Shown one piece after another: positions 46,379 through 55,919 of a stretch of 64,000 bases of DNA. The DNA comes from Patescibacteria group bacterium (GTDB taxonomy: Bacteria; Patescibacteriota; Minisyncoccia; Phycocordibacterales; JACZSL01): assembly GCA_022574205.1 (NCBI GenBank), contig JACZSL010000002.1:11965-75964 (forward strand). Direction: 5' to 3'. Each line of letters begins with the position of its first letter. Positions within the stretch are counted from its first letter, which is position 1. The notes below the pieces were generated by a model, which saw only the letters and a program-made list of their open reading frames with translations, did not search any database and was not told where the DNA came from. The translations under genes were made by a program, and so were the position numbers.

Positions 46379-48580
46379 ATGCGACGTAATAGAAAGCGGG
46401 TTCGTGCTCACATAAATGGCTTTTTTAGGAATATTCTCCTTTTGGGTTTTGTTGGGGGTTTTTTTCTTGCTGGAGCGTTTCTTTTGTGGGCATCTACTTT
46501 AAAAATCCCAGATCTTGACAGTCTCTACCAAAGAAAGGTCGCCCAATCTACTAAAATTTACGACCGCACTGGGGAAATTCTACTTTTTAATGTTCATGAA
46601 GATATACGTAGGACAATTGTTCCTTTAAGTGATATTTCTAGAAACATAGAAAATGCGACTATCGCGATAGAGGATGTAGAGTTTTATGAGCACCGGGGTG
46701 TTAAACCGCAAGCAATTCTTCGTGCGTTATTTGTAAATATTGGTGAGTTGAATTTTAGTCAAGGTGGATCAACGATTACACAGCAAGTGGTAAAAAATTC
46801 GATTTTAACAAAAGAGAAAAAACTTTCCCGTAAACTAAAAGAGTTGATTTTAGCTCTTAAGGTTGAACAGCAGTTAACAAAAGAACAAATTTTAGAGCTA
46901 TATCTAAATGAAACACCTTATGGTGGAAGTGTGTATGGTGTTGAAGAAGCAAGTAAGACCTTTTTTGGGAAATCATCAAGTGATGTAACGCTTGCAGAAG
47001 CTGCGTTTCTTGCGGCACTCCCAAAAGCTCCAACATTTTATTCTCCATACGGAAATAATCGCGACGAATTGGAGGAGCGTAAAAATCTTGTGCTTGAGAG
47101 AATGTTTAATAACGGCTTTATTTCGCGTGGAGAATATGAATTTGCACAAAAAGAGCAGATAGAATTTCAAGGGCAGGCTGTTTTAGGAATAAGAGCTCCA
47201 CATTTTGTTATGTTTGTACGTGAGTATTTATCTAGGACTTATGGCGATCGTGCTATTGAAGAGCGTGGTTTTAGGGTTATAACAACGTTAGATTATGAAC
47301 TACAAGAAAAGGGTGAGGAGATTGTTGCGCGCTTTGTTGAAACAAACGTTGAAAACTTCAACGCGTCGAATGCTGGTCTCGTTGCGGTTGATCCAAAAAC
47401 TGGACAGATTCTAGTAATGGTTGGGTCTAGAAACTATTTTGATGAAGAGATTGATGGAAATTTTAATATAACACTTGCAGAACGTCAGCCAGGATCAGCG
47501 TTTAAGCCATTCGTTTACGCAACAGCGTTATTTAAAGGATACACAACAGAAACTGTAGTGTTTGATACACAAACACAATTCTCAACACTATGTGACTTTG
47601 ATGACTTAGAAAATGAAAATACGGAGTGTTATTCGCCTAGAAATTATGATAATATATTTCGCGGTCCGGTAACTTTTCGTGATGCGCTTGCACAATCCAT
47701 TAATGTACCGTCTGTAAAAGTGTTGTATCTTGCTGGGATACAAGATTCCATTAAAACAGCGAGTAGTATGGGTATTACAACATTAAGTGATGCAGGTCGG
47801 TATGGGCTAACTCTTGTGCTTGGTGGTGGTGAAGTAACTCTTCTTGATATGACAAGTGCATATGGTGTTTTTGCGAATGAAGGGAAAAGAAATCCATATG
47901 TAGGTATTCTTCGTATAGAGGATAGTAATGGTGTTGTTGTTGAAGAATTTTCACACAACCCAATAAAAGTGATATCAGAGGAAGTTGCTCTTCGGATATC
48001 TGATATTCTTTCGGATAATAAAGCGCGTACACCGGCATTTGGTAGTCGATCGGATTTATATTTTCCAGGATACGATGTTGCTGTTAAAACAGGGACAACA
48101 AATGATTCTCGCGACGCATGGATTATTGGATATTCTCCAACAATTGCTGTTGGAGCGTGGGCTGGAAATAACGACAATTCACCTATGGAAAAGAAAGTTG
48201 CTGGGTTTATTATTGCGCCATTGTGGAATGCTTTTATGCAGGAAATATTAGTTAAGGTACCAAACGAGCGTTTTAGATCTGCACCACAGGAATATAATGA
48301 AAATATAAAACCAGTATTACGGGGTGTGTGGGAAGGTGGAGATTTATACTTTATAGATGATAGAACTGGAAGTCCTGCGACAGAAAACACACCTATGGAG
48401 AACATGAAAGAAATTATAGTAAAGAATGTACACTCAATACTCTACTGGGTAGATAAAAATGACCCTCGTGGGGAGAAACCAGATAGCCCAGAAGATAGTT
48501 CACAGTTTAATGCTTGGGAGTATGGGGTTTTTGAGTGGAAAAAAACCAACGGTATTGTTGATGATGTATTACCTTATTAG
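46379..48580 (+). CDS. Class A penicillin-binding protein (PBP1A family)
   Basis: EDVEFYEHRG, GGSTITQQ, RKLKE, SAFK, S.N, KTGT. Confidence 0.96.
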   Translation: MRRNRKRVRAHINGFFRNILLLGFVGGFFLAGAFLLWASTLKIPDLDSLYQRKVAQSTKIYDRTGEILLFNVHEDIRRTIVPLSDISRNIENATIAIEDVEFYEHRGVKPQAILRALFVNIGELNFSQGGSTITQQVVKNSILTKEKKLSRKLKELILALKVEQQLTKEQILELYLNETPYGGSVYGVEEASKTFFGKSSSDVTLAEAAFLAALPKAPTFYSPYGNNRDELEERKNLVLERMFNNGFISRGEYEFAQKEQIEFQGQAVLGIRAPHFVMFVREYLSRTYGDRAIEERGFRVITTLDYELQEKGEEIVARFVETNVENFNASNAGLVAVDPKTGQILVMVGSRNYFDEEIDGNFNITLAERQPGSAFKPFVYATALFKGYTTETVVFDTQTQFSTLCDFDDLENENTECYSPRNYDNIFRGPVTFRDALAQSINVPSVKVLYLAGIQDSIKTASSMGITTLSDAGRYGLTLVLGGGEVTLLDMTSAYGVFANEGKRNPYVGILRIEDSNGVVVEEFSHNPIKVISEEVALRISDILSDNKARTPAFGSRSDLYFPGYDVAVKTGTTNDSRDAWIIGYSPTIAVGAWAGNNDNSPMEKKVAGFIIAPLWNAFMQEILVKVPNERFRSAPQEYNENIKPVLRGVWEGGDLYFIDDRTGSPATENTPMENMKEIIVKNVHSILYWVDKNDPRGEKPDSPEDSSQFNAWEYGVFEWKKTNGIVDDVLPY

Positions 48581-48587
48581 TATTGTT

Positions 48588-48857
48588 CTATAAAACATTT
48601 TTAATAAATTCCTTTTTTTTGCTAAGTTTTTTGTTTAATCGTCTGATAATGTCTTGTTTATTTAGATATATTTCGTGTTTTAGTGTTGGATGGGTTTTAA
48701 TATAAAGAATGTTTCTAGTTATTGAAATGTTTTTAGTAGAAATTGCATTGTTGAATATTTCTTTTATAACTTCACAAAAGGCCTCTTTAATAATTTTATC
48801 CCTTGGTGTTGCGAGTGTGTACTTGCGTAAAATATCCTTAATTTTACTTAAGCCCAT
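48588..48857 (-). CDS. DciA/DUF721-like protein
   Basis: Directly downstream of dnaN; LYIKTHPTLKHEIYLNKQDII. Confidence 0.6.
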   Translation of the reverse strand: MGLSKIKDILRKYTLATPRDKIIKEAFCEVIKEIFNNAISTKNISITRNILYIKTHPTLKHEIYLNKQDIIRRLNKKLSKKKEFIKNVL

Positions 48858-48858
48858 A

Positions 48859-49962
48859 TTACTTATTCATTGGCATAACAAGATAAAGGTATGATGGGTC
48901 GCTCACACCTTCCATAACCATTGGTTTCCCAAGGCCACTAAAAGACAGGGAAACACTATCTGATGGGATAATTTGTAGTGCGTCAGTAATATATCGGTGA
49001 TTAAAGTTAATATCTAAATCTTCTCCATCAACAGCTGCTTGGAGTTGTTCTGTTGTCTCTCCTACATCTTGATTACTTGAAGTTAGGGTACATTTTCTTT
49101 GTTTTGATGAAATATGAAAACAAACCTGATTAAACTTATCAGAGAAAATATTTATTTTCTTTAAACTATTAATAAGGTCTTGTTTTAGTGTAATAATTTT
49201 TGTTGTGACTTTTTTAGGAATAATTTGGTGGTAATCTGGGTAAATACCGTCAATTAGCCTTGATGTTATGTATATGTTGTCAGATGAGAAAGATATTTGA
49301 TTTTTAGTAAAAGTTACTATAACTTCTCCAATATTTGAGTGTTCTAGTGCTTTTATTATTTCTGGTATGTTTTTAATAGGTATAATAAGTGGGTTAAAAT
49401 TTGGAACATTTTTATTTATTATAACTTTCTCAGATAGACGGAATGAGTCTGTTGCTGTAAATGTTATTTTTTTGTTTTGTATAGATATATATACACTTGC
49501 AAGTTCTGGTTTAATTGATAAGTTGGATGAACTAAACCATACTGAATTTAGGCCATTAAGAAAATCCTTAATGTCTATTGTAAATGAATTATTACTTTTA
49601 ACTTTAGGTAGTAATGGAAAATCTTCATGTGGTAGTGATTTTATAAGTGTTGAACTTGTGTGTGTTATTATTGAAAGGTTGTCATTTTTACTTAATAATT
49701 TAATTGATACACCATTATATATAGAATTTATAACGTTATAAAAAACTGAACCAGAAACTGCCATTATACCATCTTCTATTATTTTTGCTGGAATATTAAC
49801 TTCAACACCTAAATCAAGATTTGTTGCTTTTAGTTTTAAACTTGATCCTTTTGCCTCTATTAAAATACATCCAAGAACAGGAAGATTAAGATTTTTTCCA
49901 ACAGCCCTTTCAACAATATAAATATTATCAACGAGATTTTCTTTTAAACATTCAACCTTCAT
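48859..49962 (-). CDS. dnaN: DNA polymerase III beta sliding clamp
   Basis: ATNLDL, ATDSFRL, SRLIDGIYPDY, YLVMPM. Confidence 0.98.
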   Translation of the reverse strand: MKVECLKENLVDNIYIVERAVGKNLNLPVLGCILIEAKGSSLKLKATNLDLGVEVNIPAKIIEDGIMAVSGSVFYNVINSIYNGVSIKLLSKNDNLSIITHTSSTLIKSLPHEDFPLLPKVKSNNSFTIDIKDFLNGLNSVWFSSSNLSIKPELASVYISIQNKKITFTATDSFRLSEKVIINKNVPNFNPLIIPIKNIPEIIKALEHSNIGEVIVTFTKNQISFSSDNIYITSRLIDGIYPDYHQIIPKKVTTKIITLKQDLINSLKKINIFSDKFNQVCFHISSKQRKCTLTSSNQDVGETTEQLQAAVDGEDLDINFNHRYITDALQIIPSDSVSLSFSGLGKPMVMEGVSDPSYLYLVMPMNK

Positions 49963-50179
49963 ATTCTATATATTATTTATTTTTACTATTAACACTGTGT
50001 ATATGTATAAAACTTAATAAACCCTTATAATAAGCTCTTTTCTAAAACATCTACATAAACAACATGTGATTAACTTATAATAATATGTGGACTATTTTAC
50101 ATTAAATAAACTAAAATACATTTTTACACCAACTTATTAACAAATCATCCACATAATAAAATACGTTTTCCACAAATTG
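49963..50179. other. Probable oriC (dnaA-dnaN spacer)
   Basis: AT-rich; DnaA boxes TTTTCCACA 50166-50174, TCATCCACA 50145-50153, TGTGGACTA 50086; strand-composition switch. Confidence 0.75.
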
Positions 50180-51538
50180 TTATTTTAGAATCATACGAAT
50201 TTGATTTATTTCCTGTTCAAGAACACTATCAACTTTTAAATTTTTTCTAATTTTTTCACATGAATGTATAACTGTTGTGTGATCTCTACCACCAAGTTTT
50301 TGTCCAATACTCGGATAAGAAATACCAAAATCTTCCCGTAAAATATACATAATAAGCTGACGAGGCTTAACTATTTCTTTCCGTCGAGTTTTCTCATAAA
50401 TATTTTGCTCAGTAATATCATAAAATTCCGCAATTTTCCTCACAACTTCCTTTGCAGATATAAGTTTTTTTGTTCTTGTATTATTTTTTATTAAGCTTTC
50501 AATTTCAGGAAGTGTTAGGGTTGTATCTTGAAGTTGAGATTGACATATAATAGTGTTAAGTGCTCCCTCAAGATCACGAATATTCCCTTGTATTGTTGAA
50601 GCAAGGTAGTCAATAATTTTATCTGAAAGTAATAAATTATTATGTAGTGCTTTAGATTTTAAAATAGCAACACGCGAGTCGTGATCTGGGGCTGGTATAT
50701 CAACAATCATACCAGCGCCAAAACGGCTCTTCAGACGACTTTCAAGATCTGGGATATAGTTTGGGTGCTTATCTGATGTTAATATAATCTGTTTATTATT
50801 ATCATAAAGAGCATTAAATAGATGAAAAAGCTCCTCCTGAGTCTTTTCCTTCTTAGAAAGAAATTGAATATCGTCCATAATAAGAACATCATACTGACGA
50901 TACTTCTCTTTAAACACATTAACTTTAGCCTCCTGAACAGCGTTCACATAATCAACAGTAAATTTCTCACTCGTTAAATAGAATACTTTTCTAGCAGGAT
51001 TTATTTTCTTTAATTGATTACCAACAGCTTGTGCAAGGTGTGTTTTTCCATGACCTGTTGGACTATAAAGAAAAAGAGGATTATATGCAATTCCAGGTTT
51101 TTTAATAACAGCCTGGCTTGCTGCATGAGCCAACTCATTAAATGAACCAACAACAAAATTTTCAAATGTATATCGTGGATTTAAATTATCATTTTTATTG
51201 ATATAAAAATCCTTAAGTGGTAACTCATATGTTGGTGTTGGTTTTTTAGCCACACCACCAACCAACTCCTTTATCACACTATTATCACGATTTTTTACAA
51301 TATTATATTCAAGTCCACGAACCCCGTCAGAAAAACCCCTAAGTGTTTTAAGAATAAATCTATGATATTTTTGCACCATCCAATCCTTAACAAACTGGTT
51401 CGGCACACCAAGGAAAATAACCCCACTCTCCTGTTTAATAATGTACGTATCCTTAAACCATGTGCTGAAATTTGCTCGTGATATATTAAGTTCAATATCA
51501 ACAAGTGTATTTTCCCATAATTGTTTATTACCAAGCAT
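50180..51538 (-). CDS. dnaA: Chromosomal replication initiator DnaA
   Basis: LNPRYTFENFV, YNPLFLY..TGHGKTHL, DDIQF, GGRDHTTVIHS. Confidence 0.99.
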   Translation of the reverse strand: MLGNKQLWENTLVDIELNISRANFSTWFKDTYIIKQESGVIFLGVPNQFVKDWMVQKYHRFILKTLRGFSDGVRGLEYNIVKNRDNSVIKELVGGVAKKPTPTYELPLKDFYINKNDNLNPRYTFENFVVGSFNELAHAASQAVIKKPGIAYNPLFLYSPTGHGKTHLAQAVGNQLKKINPARKVFYLTSEKFTVDYVNAVQEAKVNVFKEKYRQYDVLIMDDIQFLSKKEKTQEELFHLFNALYDNNKQIILTSDKHPNYIPDLESRLKSRFGAGMIVDIPAPDHDSRVAILKSKALHNNLLLSDKIIDYLASTIQGNIRDLEGALNTIICQSQLQDTTLTLPEIESLIKNNTRTKKLISAKEVVRKIAEFYDITEQNIYEKTRRKEIVKPRQLIMYILREDFGISYPSIGQKLGGRDHTTVIHSCEKIRKNLKVDSVLEQEINQIRMILK

Positions 51539-51723
51539 GTGGTGAAATGTAATGCTAATAAGCCGAATAAGATATGTATGATTATCAAATTATACTCTTC
51601 TCGTGGAAAAGTAAATCTTGAAAAACTTGAATAAGTATGTTAATAAAATGTGCATAAGACATAATTGTTACTGTACTAAATAAAAGTAGTCAGGCTTTAA
51701 TTATTCTGTTATAATGTTAAATA
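51539..51723. promoter_or_regulatory. Divergent dnaA/rpmH promoter region with DnaA boxes (possible second oriC half)
   Basis: TGTGCATAA 51649-51657, CGTGGAAAA 51602; extended -10 TGTTATAAT before rpmH. Confidence 0.6.
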
Positions 51724-51858
51724 ATGTCTATTACATACAAACCAAAGAGGCGAAAAAGGGCTAAAACTCACGGTTTTTTAAGCCGCAAAAAGACACCAGG
51801 TGGACGTAAAGTCCTTAAAAGACGAGCACGAAAAGGAAGAACGCACTTGTCTGTGTAG
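51724..51858 (+). CDS. rpmH: 50S ribosomal protein L34
   Basis: [39 protein letters not shown] (below the ORF-track cutoff). Confidence 0.97.
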   Translation: MSITYKPKRRKRAKTHGFLSRKKTPGGRKVLKRRARKGRTHLSV

Positions 51859-51890
51859 AATTATGCCTGTGTATAACACACTCTAGAATT

Positions 51891-52220
51891 GTGAATAAAA
51901 GAAAACCGGTAACTAGAAAAATTTTCGACCGCATTTTAAAAACCGGAAAAACATACCATCAACCACTATTTAGTTTTCACACACTACACACACTTGAAAA
52001 TGTATACAGGATTGTGTGTGTTGTACCAAAGAGCACGGAAAAGTCTGCTGTTGTTAGAAACAAGTTACGACGTCGTTGTTACTATGCGATTTATAAACTA
52101 CTCAACAATAATAAGTATTTTTTAGCAATCCTATTTATTAAATCAGGCGCGAAACGCCTTCCATATAAATTATTTGAGGAAAAGATAGCCGTTCTTCTCA
52201 AAAGATCCGGCATACTGTAA
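51891..52220 (+). CDS. rnpA: Ribonuclease P protein component
   Basis: AVVRNKLRRR RNR motif; synteny. Confidence 0.92.
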   Translation: MNKRKPVTRKIFDRILKTGKTYHQPLFSFHTLHTLENVYRIVCVVPKSTEKSAVVRNKLRRRCYYAIYKLLNNNKYFLAILFIKSGAKRLPYKLFEEKIAVLLKRSGIL

Positions 52221-52331
52221 ACACTTACCACCGCATCAATAATTACAACACCACATTAACTGCACGTAAAGAACATTTGTAAAATACATCAAAACTTGAA
52301 CCTTAATACAAACTACGCTAGGATTATGTGA

Positions 52332-53063
52332 ATGATATCAGGATTATTTCACACATTCTTCTACAACCCTATATACAACGGGCTTGTTTTTTTGATAGAC
52401 ATCGTTCCACTTGCTGATGTTGGTGTAGCAATTATTCTTATTACTGTTTTAGTTAAGCTTCTCCTCTTCCCTATTTCACAAAAGGCTGTGCGCACACAGT
52501 TCATCATGAGGGGGTTACAGCCACAACTCGAAAAGATTAAAGAAAAGTATGCAAAGGACAAGCAGGCGCAAGCGCGCAAAACAATGGACCTTTATAAGGA
52601 GAAAGGAATTAATCCATTTTCTGGAATTCTTCTTATTTTCATCCAAATCCCGATTATTTTGGCACTCTACTGGGTATTTTTCCGTGGCGGACTACCAGAA
52701 ATAGATCTAAGCATTCTATATTCTTTTATAAACGAACCAAGTAAAATTAATATGAATTTTCTCGGGTTGATTCCTATGGATGGCCGCAGTATCGTTCTTG
52801 CGTTTCTTGCAGGACTGTCACAATATTTCCAGATTAAACTTTCATTGCCAGACCTCAAAAAAAGAGACGACAAAGCAAGCCTTAAGGATGATTTTGCACG
52901 GAGCTTCCAACTTCAAATGCGTTACATGCTCCCGCTATTTATATTCGGTTTTTCATATTTCGTTTCAGCAGCAGTTGCATTATATTGGTTTACAAGTAAT
53001 ATATTTGCCATTGGGCAAGAGATTTTCTTAAGAGGAAGGCTGGCTAAAGAAAAGAAAGACTAA
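52332..53063 (+). CDS. yidC: Membrane protein insertase YidC (short form)
   Basis: KLLLFP, LQP, GINPFSG..QIPI, LYWFTSN..Q. Confidence 0.95.
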   Translation: MISGLFHTFFYNPIYNGLVFLIDIVPLADVGVAIILITVLVKLLLFPISQKAVRTQFIMRGLQPQLEKIKEKYAKDKQAQARKTMDLYKEKGINPFSGILLIFIQIPIILALYWVFFRGGLPEIDLSILYSFINEPSKINMNFLGLIPMDGRSIVLAFLAGLSQYFQIKLSLPDLKKRDDKASLKDDFARSFQLQMRYMLPLFIFGFSYFVSAAVALYWFTSNIFAIGQEIFLRGRLAKEKKD

Positions 53064-53078
53064 CTAAAAACAAAATAA

Positions 53079-53212
53079 ATCCCGATAGTAATCCCTGCCT
53101 GCCGGCAGGCAGGATGGACACTAAGACAATATATTATGAGAAAGTCGATTATCAAAAAAACTTAATCTTGTGGCAAGGATAATTTCAGTTCGTGTCCTAT
53201 TACTATCGGGAT
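53079..53212. mobile_element. MITE-like element B with perfect 14-bp TIRs
   Basis: atcccgatagtaat / attactatcgggat; reverse copy of 21292-21426; its end overlaps the jag ATG. Confidence 0.85.
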
Positions 53213-53690
53213 GAAAAACGAGGAAATAAAAAATACCATCGAAACGTTTTTGGAAAAAATGACAATACCATTTGACGATGTTGAGTGTATAGAAACCAAC
53301 CTCCACAGTACATTTTTAGTACATTCAAGCGACGCCGGTATCTTAATAGGAGTAAAGGGAGAAACGCTAGAGGCATTAGGTTATCTTATCAGGCGAGTAG
53401 TCGAGAAAAACAACACCGAAGACGATAGAAGTGTTTTTATTGTTGATGTAAACAACTACCAAACAAAAAAAATCCAAGAGCTTATCGACAGTGCGCAGGC
53501 ATCAGCACGCAGGGTAAAATTATTTAAACAAAGCGTCGAGCTTTCCCCCATGACCAGCTACGAACGCATGCTAATACATTCACTTTTCACAGACGACAAA
53601 GAAATTACCACCACCTCCTACGGCGACGGAAAATTTCGTCGCATTGTACTCCAACTTCAGGGAGTGGAAAACTCTGAAGAAGTAGTCTAA
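53211..53690 (+). CDS. jag: Jag/KhpB-like KH + R3H RNA-binding protein
   Basis: LIGVKGETLEAL, VDVNNY, PMTSYERMLIH. Confidence 0.9.
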   Translation: MKNEEIKNTIETFLEKMTIPFDDVECIETNLHSTFLVHSSDAGILIGVKGETLEALGYLIRRVVEKNNTEDDRSVFIVDVNNYQTKKIQELIDSAQASARRVKLFKQSVELSPMTSYERMLIHSLFTDDKEITTTSYGDGKFRRIVLQLQGVENSEEVV

Positions 53691-53706
53691 TATAGAATAA
53701 ACGACA

Positions 53707-54966
53707 CTATTTACCTAAGCGCAGGCTCCAAAGAGAGGAGTCTCTTTTGTTTATGAAAAAGAGGTATTCTCCAGACTCACTTACAGCAAGATTAACCATA
53801 TCAATAGTGAAATCTCTCTCTTGCCTAAGGTCAACGAGCAGGCGTGTAACATCTCTCGACACATCAATTTCCCAAATACTGTCGGAGAAAGAAATTTTTC
53901 CCTGATACCAACTATCAGGGTATAAGTCCTCTGAAACCACGAATGGCACACCACAGTAGACAATATTCCTATTAACGGGGCTCCACCCACACTTTTCTGG
54001 GAGTGTTTTAACAGAGAATAAACGCATATCGCGCGTTTTTAGTTCGAATAAGAAAAGACCAAAATCACCACTAGTGCTTTTAGACAATAGAATACGGTCT
54101 CCATACGGGCTTGTGTTTACTGTTAATCCCAAAATACCATCCAGGAGCTTTTCTGGAACAGCACCACCCCCCTCCTCAAGAGAGTATACTAAGCCAGCTA
54201 CTAGACCAGAAGCTTTTGTGGTAAAGAAGATTTTTCCACTATTTGTTATCTCGTAGAGGAGTTCGTGGAGGAATGAACGATATACCGTTTCCACACCAGA
54301 GCCGTTGAAAGAAGATTTTTTAAGCAAAGTCTCGCGATCTCCACGAATAGTATAGAAAATATTTTCACCAACATCATCAGTTGTGAAGAAATCTATGTCA
54401 TCCGGAAGAAAACGTCCATCGATCGTAGAGACAGACGTGCCACTAACAATGTGAGCATTAAACGTCTTTATAACATCGTTTTCATCCAGATAACGAAGTA
54501 CAACCCGTGTAGCATTTTTATTCCAAATCGCCTCATAAACACCTGGAATTGTGGTGTTTGTAACGCGTACAGACTCAATTTTTTCCGGATCAACTTGGTA
54601 TATATTCCCTGTTATACGCTCAACGAAGCGCACAGACGGAGCTCCGTCGCTTGTTGTTGTGGCAACAAATCCAGCCACAGGTGTTGTTGTTAGTTGCTGT
54701 AGCACACTTTCTCCAAACTGACGCCTTTTTAACACAAGATTATCATCAAAACCAAAACCAACAAACCCACCCTCATTTTCAAATGTGAGTGGTGGGCGCT
54801 CTTCGTCTAAACCAAGTACAGAATCATCAGAAAAGAGACCACCAAAAAAACCAACATTTTCTTGACTATCGCCAGATGACCCCCCACCATCCCTTTGTAT
54901 TAGAAAAAACCAACCCAAAATTCCAAGGATCAATGTGATAATAAATATAATTAGTATTTTTTTCAT
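53707..54966 (-). CDS. Membrane-anchored hypothetical protein (beta-propeller-like)
   Basis: MKKILII signal/TM; TLPEKC.W, PDSWYQG..SFSD.IW; start trimmed. Confidence 0.75.
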   Translation of the reverse strand: MKKILIIFIITLILGILGWFFLIQRDGGGSSGDSQENVGFFGGLFSDDSVLGLDEERPPLTFENEGGFVGFGFDDNLVLKRRQFGESVLQQLTTTPVAGFVATTTSDGAPSVRFVERITGNIYQVDPEKIESVRVTNTTIPGVYEAIWNKNATRVVLRYLDENDVIKTFNAHIVSGTSVSTIDGRFLPDDIDFFTTDDVGENIFYTIRGDRETLLKKSSFNGSGVETVYRSFLHELLYEITNSGKIFFTTKASGLVAGLVYSLEEGGGAVPEKLLDGILGLTVNTSPYGDRILLSKSTSGDFGLFLFELKTRDMRLFSVKTLPEKCGWSPVNRNIVYCGVPFVVSEDLYPDSWYQGKISFSDSIWEIDVSRDVTRLLVDLRQERDFTIDMVNLAVSESGEYLFFINKRDSSLWSLRLGK

Positions 54967-55007
54967 GATGTAAATAAATACAGAATGTACATATAATACA
55001 ATGAAAC

Positions 55008-55919
55008 TTAGCCGCCAGCACCAGGACGATAGCACGGGGTGGCCGACACAAACAACGGTCTCGAGGACGCGTCTCTCCGTGCTTGTTCACAAAGCAGAGA
55101 ATCGTTAACAGGTACGGGACACTGCTGTTGTGTTAGACGTCTGTCGTCAGACCCCACCGACGTAGTGATATCATAACAAAATTCCCTACCTATTCCTCTA
55201 GAGCCGTCGGCTGTCGAGAAGCACCCTTCTTCTATACCATAAGAGATAAAAACTTGTCTTGGACGGGCCTTATACTCTTCTTCCCCAGCAAGGCATTGTT
55301 CCAAGGTAGTCCATATGGTTTCTTCACCAGAAAAAAATCCAAAACTACCACATTCTATATCAGCAAATCCACCAGCATCGTCGCCAACAAAACAAAAACC
55401 TTGATCTATTATTACTCTGTTGGCATATCCTGTCAGCGCCGCGGCTTCCTCAGCACGACTACGATCATCAAGTTCTATTCCAGAAACTACACCACCAACC
55501 TTGTCTTGAAGTGTGCCAAAAAAGTCGAAACTAAGAATCTTTGGGTTAATTGTTTGCAGAACCAGAACGGAAAGAAGAACAATTAGGAGTCCCCCAAACA
55601 CACCAGTCATACATTTTTTCGCCGCCTCTTTTGAGCTTATTGCTTCGCTCATCATATACTGAAAACCACAAATCATTAACTTGATTACTGCAAGAACTGC
55701 AATTATAGAAATGAAAAGAACAAAAATATTGTTAAAATATTGCACCAATCCGGAAGGACCCCCAGTATTCACAGAACTCCCAACACCAGGAAGCGGGGAA
55801 ATAGGCGTATACGATTGCGCAAACACAGTGTCTACAAACAACAACATTAGAATACAACACAACGCAAACGTTAATATGTAAGTGGTTTGTGCGGACTTGA
55901 ATTTACTTGGAAAAAACAT
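55008..55919 (-). CDS. VirB2/TrbC-like pilin with Cys-rich C-terminal extension
   Basis: Signal VFA, two TM helices joined by GFQYM.S...AK, TINP; many Cys in the tail. Confidence 0.7.
   Translation of the reverse strand: MFFPSKFKSAQTTYILTFALCCILMLLFVDTVFAQSYTPISPLPGVGSSVNTGGPSGLVQYFNNIFVLFISIIAVLAVIKLMICGFQYMMSEAISSKEAAKKCMTGVFGGLLIVLLSVLVLQTINPKILSFDFFGTLQDKVGGVVSGIELDDRSRAEEAAALTGYANRVIIDQGFCFVGDDAGGFADIECGSFGFFSGEETIWTTLEQCLAGEEEYKARPRQVFISYGIEEGCFSTADGSRGIGREFCYDITTSVGSDDRRLTQQQCPVPVNDSLLCEQARRDASSRPLFVSATPCYRPGAGG

Noticed and set aside
52221-52331. yidD
   Set aside because: The gap is only 111 bp with no recognisable remnant
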